From assembly GCA_003971905.1 (NCBI GenBank), contig RSEE01000019.1, positions 620,001 through 684,000 of the forward strand: a stretch of DNA of 64,000 bases, in the 5' to 3' direction. This DNA is from Moniliella sp. 'wahieum'. Its lineage: Eukaryota. The notes below the pieces were generated by a model that ran no database searches, had not been told where the DNA came from, and saw nothing but the letters and a program-made list of their open reading frames with translations. The position numbers and the translations under genes were made by a program. Below, one piece after another: positions 37,761 to 50,333 of the stretch (its first letter is position 1; every line of letters starts with the position of its first letter).

Positions 37761-39177
37761 ATGGCGTCGGCCAAGATCTTTTCGCTGGCGGTGCGCACGC
37801 TCAGCAAGCCGGTTGCCGGCTACATCAAGAACCAGGCGCATCAGCACAACGGATTCAAGCAGGTGGGTATCTGTAGCACCGTAACTTGGTATTCCACGTG
37901 AACGCGCTTGCTGACCCATGCCTTCTTTCTCCCCAGATCTGCATTGGTTTGGGTCAAACCATGTACAAGACCGAGACAATGATGCGCCTCAACCTGCTCA
38001 TGACACCTGCCCAGCGCGAGCGCGAGCGCAAAAAGATCGAGGAGGAAGCGGCTAAGAAAAAAGAACGTGAAGAGGCCCAGAAACGCAAGGAACAAGAGGA
38101 GGCTCGCGAGAAGGCTCGCCAAGAAGCCATTGCTCGAGGCGAGGAGGTTGAACCACCGCCTCCACCGGAGGCACCTTCAACTGCCAAGGAGGAAGCAGCC
38201 AAACGAGAGGAGCCTCCTGCTGCCAAGCCCACGTTGCGCACTCGCCTGCCCTTTCTCTTTACCTTATCCCACTCCCCGCTTATGGCAGCCTACCGTCCAC
38301 TAAGCGATTCCAAGGCGCTGGAGCGCGGCGCACAAACGTTCAGTGAACTCTTCATCTTTAGTGTTGCACTCGCATTGATTTTGGCCGAAACGTACCGCGG
38401 CAGCCGAAACCGACGCAAAGAGAAGACGGCGACCGACGAACGCATTGACGAATTGACCGAGGTTGTTCGTCTGCTTGCTTCCCAGCTCGACCAACTCGAA
38501 GCCCAGCGGAGTCAACAGCCGACCATTGCTAAGCGCCTGGCGAGTGCCCTGTCAGGCGACGCACCTGTGTCGGACCGCCGGCCCCTATTTGACTTTGACG
38601 CCCTAGTCTCCGAGGCCAAACGACGGGTGGCTCAGGCCGAAGCTGAGGCCGAAGCTCGGTTGGCAGAAGAAGAAGCTGCAGAAAAAGCCAAACGCTCTCA
38701 CTCATTTGTCACAGCTCTATCATCGGCTCCCTCGACGGGTGACGCACCTCCCCCTGGCCAGCCTGGTATGCCTCGTTCTCTGCCCCTCCTAGAGACTGAG
38801 CCAAAACTGACCCGCTAGGCACCTTTCCCTCAGCCGCGGCATCTCCAATGGAGTATATGGAAGCGGAGAACGACTCGCTGAGGGAGACGGTGGCTGCGCT
38901 GTTGCGCTTGGCAATGCAGAATGGATTGTTGGAACGAGACTTGGATATGACGATGACGTCCCGTCCATCGGTCAATGGCCCGCCTCCTGCACCAGTCTTC
39001 CCCCTCACACCTCCATCGCAGCCCGCGGAGGACGACATGCGGAGCCAGATCCAGCGTGTGGCCGATGCTCGTGCCCGCGCGATCGTCCAAGAAGTTCGGT
39101 CCGACATGCTACCTCCCGAACCGGCAACCAGGTCGGCGCAATGGCAGCAACCCCCCTCGCTTGCTTCGAGCGCGTAA
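37761..39177 (+). CDS. OPA3-family mitochondrial protein
   Basis: MASAKIFSLAVRTLSKPVAGYIKNQAHQH, YRPLSDSKALERGAQTFSELFIFSVA; introns about 37863-37936 and 38766-38818. Confidence 0.85.
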
Positions 39178-39376
39178 TCATTTATGCTGGCATGTGTTTG
39201 GTAACCAGATCATCTGATCTCTGCTTGATCACCACTTTTATGCATCGAAGTGCGAGACGACAAATAATCCATGCCAGGGCGTGTATACATAGTGTAGCCC
39301 ATGCTCGAGGGACAAGGGGGGAGAAAAGCGTGTATCAATCGGGGGGGGGTAGCGGTATATCCGTGTTATAGAGTCT

Positions 39377-41962
39377 TCAGGTCAACACGACATATACCGC
39401 AGCAAAGGGTGGGATGCCCGAGTTGTCGGGAACGAGCTGAAGAGTAACCAGGCCACGAAAATGCACAACGGTGGGCGAACCATCATCTAGTTCGGGATCG
39501 ATACCCAAGTGATAGTCCATCGTAGTGTGGTTCCAAGCTTGGGTGCCACGTAGGTAGGCTAGCCGGTCGACGATGAAATCATGGGTCAAGGTAAAAGAGC
39601 CGCCTGAGGCGGTGCCCATTGTAGCTTGGACGGGAGCAGAGCCAGGTGGGAGGAGAGAATAGACTGCGGAAGCGTATGCCTCCAATACTCGCATCACATC
39701 CGGACGAGCGACCAGATCAAAGTAGACCAACTGACCCGAATCAATGGCCGGGGGAGCAAGATGAAGGCAATCGCACATTCGTCGATTCCCAGCTAGGACT
39801 ACGCCAGTGCGAGAAAGGAGGATCATGGCGTGGGGGACCGAATCAAACAGATTGAGACGGTAGTGAGACAAGGTAGTATGAAACGATTGCTGTGCCGATT
39901 CCAGTTGTTCTTCCGTCTGGTGCAGACTTAAACGCAAGTACCGAAGACGAACTGTTCCTAACACACGATCAAACGCTTGTCGTCTCTTGACCTCAAACCC
40001 ACGCGTAAGCCAAATGGCCAACTGACCGTATCCCCACGGTCCTAACTTATTGTCCCAGTCCATATGCAATGCCACGAGTGTCAGTGCTTCCTCCGCCAGG
40101 ACACTTTGCGGATACTGGAGTAGGCGGCGTAAAGGGGCTTGAACCTGCAGCATCTTTTGCATAGGCACACTAGTACACCCATGTCTGAGGGAGAAAAAAT
40201 AATAATAAAATAAAGAAAATAATGATTAGTATAACGTCAGAGGAAAGAGAGAAACGAAAGGGAAGGGGAAGAAGAGTCAGAGGAATGTGGAAGGTAAGGG
40301 AGTACTTACATATCGGAAGGATTGAGGGTTCTGTCAAGGATCGCTTCTGTCACAGTAGCATCTTGACCCGACAAGAGCTGGCAGACATGCAATGCATCTG
40401 CCACCGTCTGCTGCAACACCCGTTGTCCCTCTCCACCATCGTCTTGAGGCAAAAAGCCGAGATCGGTCGCGCCGACACGGGTAACCAACGAGATGGGAAT
40501 TGCCAACGTCGGAACGGGACTATTCCTCGTTAATGGTTGCAATTGCGAAGAAGGGCGATCGATCTGGCTCAAAGGGGGGCCTAAAATGAGTTGGGGTGAG
40601 GAAGCCGACATCTCCAGTGGATGCCCCGTGGTGGTCTGCCGGTCGACACGAGTGTGACGTCTCCCTTCATCCGTCGCAGAGGGAAGAAGTTGTATACTTG
40701 GTCCGGGCGAATAGCTTTGAGAAGTACCAGGAGGAACATCGCTCGGGAGGGGGTCATCCTTGCAAAGATGGGCAATCCCTCGCTTGATGCATCGGCCACA
40801 CGGGCGCAAGGGAGAACAGGGCATATGACTTCGTTTGCAGTACACACGCCTTCTTAACCTTCTTCCGAACCTGGACATTGTCCACCTTGGCTGGTTCCTG
40901 GCCTTGGGATGAAAGCGATTGGTCGGTCAAGTATTTAAACTGGCGCCGACGACCCCCTCGTCGTTTGCCGCTCATCACCGATGACGAGGTAGTTGCGTTG
41001 ATAGAATCGCGAAGCCCAACTGAGGAAACCGCGTTAGAATGCGATGTACGGCGAGAGACAGGCGCCAAAACTTCAGAATTTCCCGGCGAGCCAGGCAGAG
41101 GACTAGCGGAAGGGTTGAGGATGCGAGCCAACGAAGAAGAAGAAGGCTGGTCAGACATGCCCGTGTCGGCTGTACGATTTGGGACTCCTGTCGCTGACGA
41201 CCCGCTTTGAGACCCGCTTTGTTTGGTGCGAGGAAAAAACTCCTCTGGCGAATGCAAGGAGGATCCCGTCTGCTGTGCCACATCGGGTGGTGCCCCGATC
41301 GATCCAGGCTCTAACGTGGAAGGGAAGGATAGAGTGCGTGTGACGTGCTGCGCGCTGTTAGAAGGAGAGGGTCGGATGAAATCGGCCTCCTCGGCCTCGC
41401 TGCCCCATACCCGCTGTACGGGATGCTTCCACTGGGTGCTAGAGGTGCTCCTTTGGTCGACGAAGGAAGGTGAGGATTGACGATGAGGTGTGAGCGGATG
41501 GGGTGGATGAGAATAGGGGGAAGAGAAGTGTTGGCTTAGTGTTTGTTGGCCTTGCTCGGGCGGGGGCTTGAGAGGAATTCTTTGCAGCAATCGGTGGGGA
41601 TGAGGTATGCCTTCTTGGCGCAGGGCCGGGGAACCGGCGGTGGGAGGAAGGGTAGAAGCATGGAACAGAGAAGTGGATGCAAAGGCATGGTTCTGCGTCG
41701 ATGTCAATGGTCCTTCCGCCTGACGTTGGGCGGGAAGAGACTGGGATAGGGGTTGGGCCTGATGCGGAAGCAAAGACGGCAGGGGAGAGGGAGGCCCGCC
41801 AGGCCCCAAAAAAGGTCCAGTAACAGGGTCTGAGCTCTGGGAGACCTGTTGGATGCTGTTGTCTCCATGTTCGCGCCAGACGGGATGCTCAGAAGAGGTG
41901 CTGTACTCAGGCCAGATCGTCTCGTGCGCAGGGCGAGTGGGTCGGGGTGGAGGAGGTGGCAT
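39377..41962 (-). CDS. Zn2Cys6 transcription factor of the AcuM/Rds2/Ert1 group with a C-terminal PAS-like region
   Basis: KVKKAC + VYCKRSHMPCSPLRPCGRCIKRGIAHLCKD (frameshift inside); C-terminal FDSVPHAMILLSRTGVVLAGNRRMC; intron about 40187-40308. Confidence 0.8.
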
Positions 41963-43296
41963 GGGAGTGCTGATGGACAGCTACACGCGAGGCGGCCGAC
42001 AGGGGAAACGCGGAGAGGGACGGCAGGGCGGAAAGGAAGCGCAAGGCGCAGAAAGGACACGGGGAGGGTGGTAGATTCTCGGCGGGCGCGGAATGCAATG
42101 AAAACCCAAAGCAGCAAGTACCATAAGGAACAGAGAGCGGAACATTTTTAGAAGAGAGAGGATAGATTCAGCACGACTGGGCGCATACACTAGGCCCTCC
42201 GAACCATCGACCGCCACAGGCTTGCGCAATCGCACTTGGGCACAGCTCTACAGGATACACCCTGGTCACCGGTCACATCTCTAAAGGCCCCTCTTGGGCC
42301 GAAGTATCCAATTGGAGAGTGTTTACGCGCGTTTACGGAAATGTTGATCTATAGGGCGCCTGCACAGGAGGGTCAATTATTAACCGCCGTGGATACATAT
42401 ATAGCAACAGCACTGTGGGACGCGCGTGAAGCCTGCTTAGGTCCATGCGACATGTTACAGACCACGCCAGCGGGGTTCCGCCTCATACCATGCACCGGTT
42501 TTCGCCATTGTGACATGTGACCATGTGACCCCAGAGGAGTGAACGGGGTAGTGCCTGGTAGTGCAGAGTGGTCCTGGAGGTGCCTGCCTGAAACGTGATG
42601 CCCAAAATCCTGGTCATGTTGCATTTTATGGGAAGCGCGGCGGGCGTCGGTAGCATCCCAAAAGCCGGCACAGTATACCTGTTGAGGCTAGGCCTGTTAG
42701 GAGACGCGTCAGAGGGTCTGATCGATCTGTGTGAGGCGAGTATTGACTGAGATCTGAAGAGGGGCATGGAGCCGCGGGAGAGACGAGGGTGGCAGGACCG
42801 TACAGGGCCGCCACAATCCGCTGACCAAATGAATCGCCAGCCACACAAAGGGGCCTCCAAAGGTTGGAACAGATTCGAACAAGCTTTGGAACAAGTTGGA
42901 ACTCAATTGGCATATACTTTGGCAGGCACCAGAAGGCAGAGTTGTGGAGAGAGCAAAGGTAGCAGCCGCACAGGAGCGCTCTGTCCCAGTCAAATGACCT
43001 TCTGGAGATCAGGGAAAGCCTGGGGGAGTGGCAGCAGGGAGCGCACAATGGCACATAGCGGCGTTGACCCCGCTCTTCCACTGCCTCTTCGGCCAGCTTC
43101 AACCTTCAAAACGCCCACCTCAGCCATCTCCTTGCCATCGCTCCTGCACCCGCTGCCACCACCATCATCACCACCATCGCCATCGCCATCCCTATACCGT
43201 CGCCCTCCTCGTCTCGCCTTATTACCCTGCCCCCCACCCCATTGATTAGTAGAGTATCGGATCGGTGGGTGCCACAGCAACTACTTGAGAAGGGGG

Positions 43297-43526
43297 TGTG
43301 ATTTGTGATTCATTCGACAGAGGAGAAGCTAGAAGAGTCGTCGCACGCGCCGATACTAGGACTGGTCCCGGATATCTGGATCTGGATCCGATGAATATTG
43401 AATATATTGAATGATCACTGTGAGACTAGTGTCAGCCACTAACAGTTAGTCACTAGGAGCCCTGCTGCCTACTGCAGACTGGAGCGACTGGAGCACGTCG
43501 GTGGGGCAACTGTCACCAGCGTCACA
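43297..43526 (+). mobile_element. Possible 230-bp LTR preceded by a polypurine tract
   Basis: GAGAAGGGGG immediately before TGTGA; ends TCACA (5-bp inverted termini); AT-rich core AATATATT. No second copy in the window. Confidence 0.4.
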
Positions 43527-44329
43527 TCCAGTGCTGTGGGCATAAACGCGTCAGGAGACAGGGTCTTTTTCGGCGGAGTTTTGTGCCAAAGTGCGGTTGG
43601 TGAGGCTCGAGGCCTGAGGCCTGAGGCTCAGGCCTGTGACCTGAAGCTTGAAGCCAGGGGATGCAGGATGAAGGATGATCGATGAGGCCGATGAGGCGCT
43701 GCGAGGTACTCATGGGCTGGATGGCAGTCCATGCGCCGCTCCTTGTCTGTTCCCGAGAGCCCTTGGGCCTTGGAGAGCTTGGGAGAAGCACTGGGACATG
43801 GTGTTTGGGTCTGGCATGGGGTCAGTGTGCTGCCCTCTTCCCTGCTGGCTGGCTTGGCTGAATGTGACGGAATGCACAGTGGCCCAGTGGCCCGCCTGTC
43901 GCGGCGGAGCCTGAGACTGAGCTAGTGTGTCGACTGGGTGGCCCCCTTTTCGGCCGCCTGGAAGCGCGCGAGATCTGAGATTTAGTATCTGAGATCTGAA
44001 GCAGCGATCGGAGATCCGAGCCATAGCTCATACGTATCCACTTCGGCTTCGGCGCTCCTACAGCCTACGACAAAAATACTTCTGCCGCTGGACCGCCTGA
44101 GGCCTGCTCTGGCCCGAGTCCCTTCTACGATTCTGGACTGGGCTATTCTGACTTCGATCAATCTGGGAGGGGTTTTCCTGGAGTTCCGCCCTGTTTCTTC
44201 AAGCGTCACTCCGTTTCTTTGTTTGCCGTCTGCTCTATTTGAATTGGCAAAAGGGCGCACGTGGTGACTCCAGTCACTCGCGGCCCGCTTGACCGTCACG
44301 AGGACGAGGGCAGGGCTTGAAACCACGCC

Positions 44330-47300
44330 CGACGGGCGGAGAGTGCAGGTGCCCTGGCACACCCTTGTGGAAGTTGAACGTAGTGATAAACATTAATGTG
44401 TCTCGTCATTCCTGTCATTACTATGCATTGCCAGTGCTATTAGTAAAGTTGTCATCCTGCCATGCGCGCTGTTTGACGGGCGAACGCTGGCAGGCAGACC
44501 AGCGGAGCGCACCGATCTACTTCCAGTCCCCATCACAGGGCCTTGTATTCGTGCGAGCAAACGTTGACAGGCAGGCCAGCGGAGCTCGTACTCTCCCCGA
44601 AGTCCCAGAAGAGGCGGGCATTTGCCCCGGCGGGACAACAACGCCTCTACCCCCTCCCTTTCCCTTCTGCCCCAAGATGGCTTTGACTCGCACCCTCGAC
44701 GAAGGAAGGAAGGAGGGGAGTGTGAATATGAGAAGAAGCTTTGATGCGCAACCACCAACGCTAGAAAAGAGGAAGGAGGGGCATGTGAGCAAGTACCCAT
44801 TTGGATTGAGTGCCTAATGACCGGAGGAACGATGAGGGCGTGCCAAGTATCCAAATACCCAGTCCCCGTTCCAAGTTTGCTCGGCGCAGGCAGGGACCTG
44901 ACGCTGACCGTGTGCCCAAAGACCGGAGGAGAAAAAGGCATACATCTCGATATCCTTACCGTGGAAATGAGAGATGTGCACACGGGTAAGCGTACACCCC
45001 TTCACCGCATCCCCCGCCGTTGGGAGAAAGGGAAGCCGGTTATGGGAGGAGAGGGACTGGCAAGCCCGGGGGAGCCTACTGAGCTGGCGTCTCCACCCCC
45101 TCTCCTCGTCAATTTGATCAACCCAGTACAGGTTACTCCTCCTCTCACTCCCTCCTCCGCTTCTCGATCTCGTCCTCCAGCACCCATCTTCAGCTTTCCG
45201 TCCCTCAGACAACCCTTCACGTGCGTCCCCACGTGCCACTTCGAAGCCCAGCCCAGTTCAGCCGCGTGTGGTCCCACTTCCAGCAACGCCGCCCCCCTGT
45301 CCTAGTCCAGATCCAGCTCTGGCAGGTTTGACCTCCGCTGCAACTACCCATCCCTAAACCCGATGGCTTCAGACACGCTACTGCTGCCCAAGCCGGTGCT
45401 ACGCAGCCTTGCCACACTTGCAGCCGCCTCTGCTATACGCGCAGAGGCCTCTCCTTGTCCTTAGTCCCGCTCGGACCCACCAAACATTCCAAGCACGTAG
45501 TAACTATCGTGAGTCGACCCCCTAAGACCTCCAAGGGGCTGCACCCTTAACCCCCCCCCCCGCCCCCGGGCGGGCCCCCGCCCGTAGTGACACGCTGAGC
45601 TAACACGTTTTAAATCTCGAAAGGTGAAGGAAGTCGTGCCCATATTTCCCTGGGGGTGCGTGTATTGCCCGGTATTTGGGTCCTGAGTACCAAGACGGGT
45701 ACCGAATGCCGCTTTGTCGTGCCCCCTCTCATTTGGTGGGAGGGCATCTTCAGCTCCCCACAGGCCGTGGAAAAAGTCGTGTACTCCCGCGGTTCGTACC
45801 TCAGCCGTCAATACTTTGGTCGCGGTTCTGAGGTAGAAGGACTCCAGCTGTTACCGCCGACGTAGAAGCCGCCTACCTATACGTTGATGCGACGGAAGAT
45901 GAGGCCTATGTTCTTGGCCTCCTCCCTTTTTCCCCGAAGGGAAAAGGGTAAGTGCGTGAGACTTAAGAAAAATCTTCATGCCCTCCACCAAAGCGGGGCC
46001 AATTTTGGCGACTGGTTACGTACTTTCCCCTGGGAATCGCCTTGATTTTGCCAACCGCAAGTCCGAACGCGCATCTTCCTACGTCGCACCAAGTCCTCGG
46101 ACCTCATTCTCTTGGCGATTCACACTGACGATTTCCTTGTTGCTCGCGGTTCGAGGGCAATATACGATTCTTTTTCCTTGCCGAGCTTCCCAGATATGTT
46201 GGGATGGAGCCCAGGTCCCTTTCGTTTCCATCTCGGATGCCAGTACAACCGCATTGACGGGCATCTCTACGTGAGCCAGCCGAAATTCGTTGCCGAGGCG
46301 CTTGTCACTCATGACCCACACGATCATCTTCGATGCATCCCGCTCAATCACACCCTTCCTTTTCCCTATCGTCCCGAGCAGGAAATGCACGCGACCCGCG
46401 ACGGGGGACTCACGCTTACCGCTTATGGTCGGATCCCGCTGTGGGCGGCCCGCATGTCCCGTCCAGACACCTCAGTTGCCGCAACCTTCTTAGCTCGTTT
46501 TTTGGATGACCCGTTTCTCGGGTTCATACTGTGACGTTTCTGTGGGGCTCTGTGAAGGTACTTTTGAAGGATACTGCTGACCATTCCCTCTACTTGACTC
46601 CTGTGGCCGCGCCAGACCCCTCCTCGAATTGCACATGGATACTTCCTTTGCCTCTAGGACAAGTGCTATTCAAGGTCTGTTTCCGGGTACGTTGTCTTTT
46701 TTGAATACCGCGTGCCAGCATGGTGGAATACCAAGACGGGGAAGCAAGGGGTGAGCAACATTGCCGCGTCTGAGTACTTGGCCATGTGGGTGATGGGCTG
46801 CGCGATTCTCTCTTTATATGCGCAACATTATTTTGCTCTTGGTATCTGCTCTGCCGCACACCCCCATCCAGAACGTTGTGAACAACACTGCAGCGAAGGC
46901 TTTTGCCGACAAACTCATGGCAGTCTGGGTACAGTCCGCGAGGAGATCGACATTCGCGGTATCAGTAAATGTGCGACGAGAACACATCCACATCGCGGCG
47001 AACTTTTGTGCCTCACCGCATGAGCCTGCAGAGTCGATCATTAATCTCTATTATTGGTTCACCAAATCTGTTGGCGTTCCACTGAACTCATTTCTGTTGT
47101 CTCTCAGTCAGCTCCTTTTTCTTCTCGTCTGGTTCTTCTTAACGCCTTTTGGCCTAATAGTTTCCTTTGGTCCCTTCATGGCCCGGGGGGGTGTTGAGCC
47201 ACCGTCGGTGTGGCTCGTGTGTTTTGGCCTACTTGCCTTCAGTTGAGGGTGCATGATGTTCCTCTCTGTTGTTAATTGGCTCTTTGGGCCACCACCGCCA

Positions 47301-47543
47301 CAGTCCCTTGAGAACCATCCAGACTCTTCCAGGTCTCGTCTGATTAATTACTGTCATCCTCGGTCTGTGAGGCCGGACATGTACTGGGAGTTGAACTGGT
47401 TGGCGCCAATCGGAGTGACTTGCCACGAACGGGGCCTTGCGCCGCCCATGAAGCACCCAGCAGTTGGTGTCATTAGCGAAGTATTGCCTTCTGAGATCTG
47501 GTTCTGGGTCACCGTGACCGGTCACCAATCTATTGCTTCAACA
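44330..47543 (+). mobile_element. Decayed Ty1/Copia retrotransposon (weak INT, then RT, RNase H, PPT, 3' LTR)
   Basis: RVLPGIWVL...CRFVV (RT N-terminus), IHTDDFL (YVDD equivalent), HLGC...LYVSQPKF, RPDTSVAATFLARFLDDP, RNase H-like VNNTAAKAFA; G-tract then an LTR. Many stops; 5' boundary uncertain. Confidence 0.8.
47192..47543 (+). repeat. Copia 3' LTR, 352 bp
   Basis: TGTTGA...TCAACA termini, directly after GGGGGGG (47185-47191). Confidence 0.75.
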
Positions 47544-47912
47544 AGAGATCTCCTGGGCAGGTTTGGGAGTCAAGGGAACGCCCTCGGTTGTGAGGGGAAC
47601 CGTGCCCTGGTATCGTGTGTAATGGAGTGCAAGGGAAAGGGGAGGAAGAGTGGGGTCCAAATCGGGAATCATCATGTGGATGTAGTGCGAATGGGACCGA
47701 AAATGTTGACAAAATCGTGGCCAAGTCGAGAGTGGAAAGCACAACGGTATTGTGGAAGAGGTTGAGTGCATTTGGGGCAAGAGGAATAAACGGCGAGTCT
47801 TGGGGGTTAAATTGTTGGGAACAGGGTGAGGCAGGTCAACGGGAGATGCATTATGCCGAACGCTACAGCTGTGGATTACGACACACCACAGGCTCTTGGT
47901 TAGGTGCAGGGG

Positions 47913-49140
47913 CTAGTATACATCAACAGGAAGAAGGGGTACAACAGGAGGAGAATAGGAATGGGTTCGGTCACAGCGGGATGAGTAGGTAAGGTCGTGA
48001 GTTGGTGAACTCGCGTCCGGCGTCTCCTCAACCTCCCCGGACCCGTGGGCAGAAACACCGACGGAGGGAACAAAAGATATTAAAATGGTGTTGGATGTGC
48101 TCACCAGAGTGTATAACAGCCTGGTTGGTCCACTTGGAATGTTTTTTCTGGGGATAGTATACCAAGCCATGACGGCCATACAGCATGAGTAGCCAACCCT
48201 TACTATACCACGGCGTTCGTCATAGCTAATGAGCATGGCCGGAACGGTCCTAGAGCTCACAACTTTCCACCATCACGCTGGTTGTTATTATTGGGAAAAA
48301 AGGTGAAGATATGCAGTGGGGACACCGAAATCATGCATAGGAAAAGAAAGAGGAAAAACCATGATAGCATACACAGCGGTTGTTACCTTCCCATCTTGTG
48401 GGAGATACAGGGCGTGGGTATATATTCGGCAGCAGCATCAAGGGGATGATGCCACCATTCCCCGGGGTCTAGGCGACTAGAGGCAAGTAATAGACTGTCC
48501 GAGAATCACGATCCATGATGGAGCGGATCGCCCTTTCTGCTATACCATTGGATGCACTTTTACCCCGAATGGTAGTTTCGATTATGTTTTGGCTTGTTCG
48601 TTGTAAAACCCCATCAACATGGCGGAAGTTTACTTGAGATAATTGCCTGAGTGGACCACCTGGGGGGACTCGATCAGGGTGCTGATGTTACTCTCACGGG
48701 GGTAACCAAGTGATGAAAAGGGGCGAAAAAGTGGTTCTCCTCTGGAGGGAAGAAGGAAGAGGAACATCGCGTATACCGAATGTAGTCGTCGACAATCCTT
48801 TTTAAGCCCCCACCACCCCTGTCCTTCGCTACCTTTTTTGGTGAAGAATGTCGACGACATCTGCATGGAGCAGGGAACGTTTTGTGCGTGTATAGCGAGC
48901 GGGGGAATGAGAGGGAGCGGTGGCATGCGATAGAACACAGGAAGGGCAATGCCAGTGGGGGACGAACTGTCGCTGCTTTCTGACGGGAAACATATGAGGG
49001 GAAGACAGAGGGAAGCGATTAAGTGTGGGAGCACCGGTCAAGGGAGATATGGTTCCATTGCTGTTGCTGGGACTCATCGGCGTACCACTTTGTCAAAGAC
49101 GGTGGTGGGCTCTTCAAGGGAATGAGCCAAGGGTAGTACG
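47913..49140 (-). mobile_element. Second decayed Copia element, integrase fragment in opposite orientation
   Basis: Across frames: HCPSCVLS (HHCC CxxC), SLLHADVVD, GGG...IVDDYIRYT, SNGIAERAIRSIMDR (about 48505-48555), GIVRVGYS (post-integrase SH3-like). Confidence 0.75.
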
Positions 49141-49231
49141 TATAGGGTAGATGGACGCTGGAAGAGGTTCCACACACGTTTTATTAGTAGCTGGCATTCG
49201 TAGCAAGGCGGCAGGAGGGTATGTCACCTTC

Positions 49232-49775
49232 TGTTATACGGAGGGCCACTGCGGGCTGGCTCGCCTAAACAACCCATCTACACCGTTGAGCCTAAACGGA
49301 GCGTGCTAAACCGAGCATGCTTCCTTCGATCTGGGCGACCAAGATCGAGTCCCTTCCCTATGGTCGAGGAGATCCCTACGTGAGCTTTGAGTCCCTACTG
49401 ATTTTATTCTATACTTCAAATTTGGTCTTTGGTATTAGCTTGAACGCAAGTGAGCTCTAAGTTGAGCTGCCGGATCTGGACACCATCTTCCTGATCCGGG
49501 CGTCTCGTTTTCGTTGTGAGATTCTCCCCTCATGATGCCTTTTACGTTCTTTCTGAGGGCGCAGACTACCTGCCCATTACTTTGGGCCTTTTTCGTGTTT
49601 GACTGTTCCTGTTCCTACAGTTCCTAGAGTACTAAGGGAACCATATTCCCTATTTGATTTGTGCTCCTTACTACTACTAAGTTTTGAGAGTCATTCATCG
49701 CCTTTATTCCGTCCTCTACTTACTTTTAGTTGTATGCTGCTTCCTTAAAGTTCCTGTTTGTATACTAACCTTTAA
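49232..49775 (-). mobile_element. Diverged, truncated copy of the LTR at 651-1274
   Basis: Colinear shared blocks such as CCGGATCTGGAC, GCGTCTCGTTTTCGTT(G)TGAGATTCTCCCCTCATG, ATACTTCAA..TTTGGTCTTT, TTTGACTGTTCC; boundary TGT. Confidence 0.8.
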
Positions 49776-50181
49776 TAGGGTAGAACATGTCTTGGAATTC
49801 GTTGAACTGACGCGCGAGACAGAAGACGGTTGCAGTGGGCAGACTGATGGCTACTTTATAGGTATCTCCATCTCACCTCACGGGATCACTGACCATTTTC
49901 ACGGTCTTTCGATGGCCGGGTAATGAAAGCTGGTTCGAGACTGTACTTAGATGGTCTGCGACCCAGTCTGTGTTCGAAAGGCGAGGGGTAGGGCGTGGAA
50001 CCAATGGTGTTCATCATTGACGAAATACACTGAGGGAATGGGATGGGAATGTGGAGAGTACAGTGTGGGAGATCACCGTTGCTCATTAGATGAGCGAAAA
50101 TTTGTAAATCTGATCTCAATGAGATCTGGAGAGTCTCGATGGCCTCGAGGGTGTTGCAATCGCATTAGTCGTGGTAGCAGT

Positions 50182-50223
50182 GGTGGTGGTGGTGGTGGTG
50201 GTGGTGGTGGTGGTGGTGGTGGT
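50182..50223. repeat. (GGT)14 microsatellite
   Basis: Perfect trinucleotide run read directly. Confidence 0.95.
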
Positions 50224-50333
50224 CTACTAGGCCGAGTAACAACGCCTACAGAGGAACATCAAGCAGCCATTCGCCACCAGAGGCTAGGCTGCGGAAAAGG
50301 GAGAACAGAAGCGAGGGAACAACGGAACTCCTA

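Noticed and set aside
49930..49945. GGTTCGAGAC B-box-like string
   Set aside because: No tRNA cloverleaf or A box; no tRNA recognised anywhere in the window.
42100..50330. Homeodomain mating-type locus next to an N-acetyltransferase subunit gene (smut b loci are flanked by a gene called nat1)
   Set aside because: No WFxNxR homeodomain motif seen, and I cannot verify that nat1 is the MAK10 orthologue.
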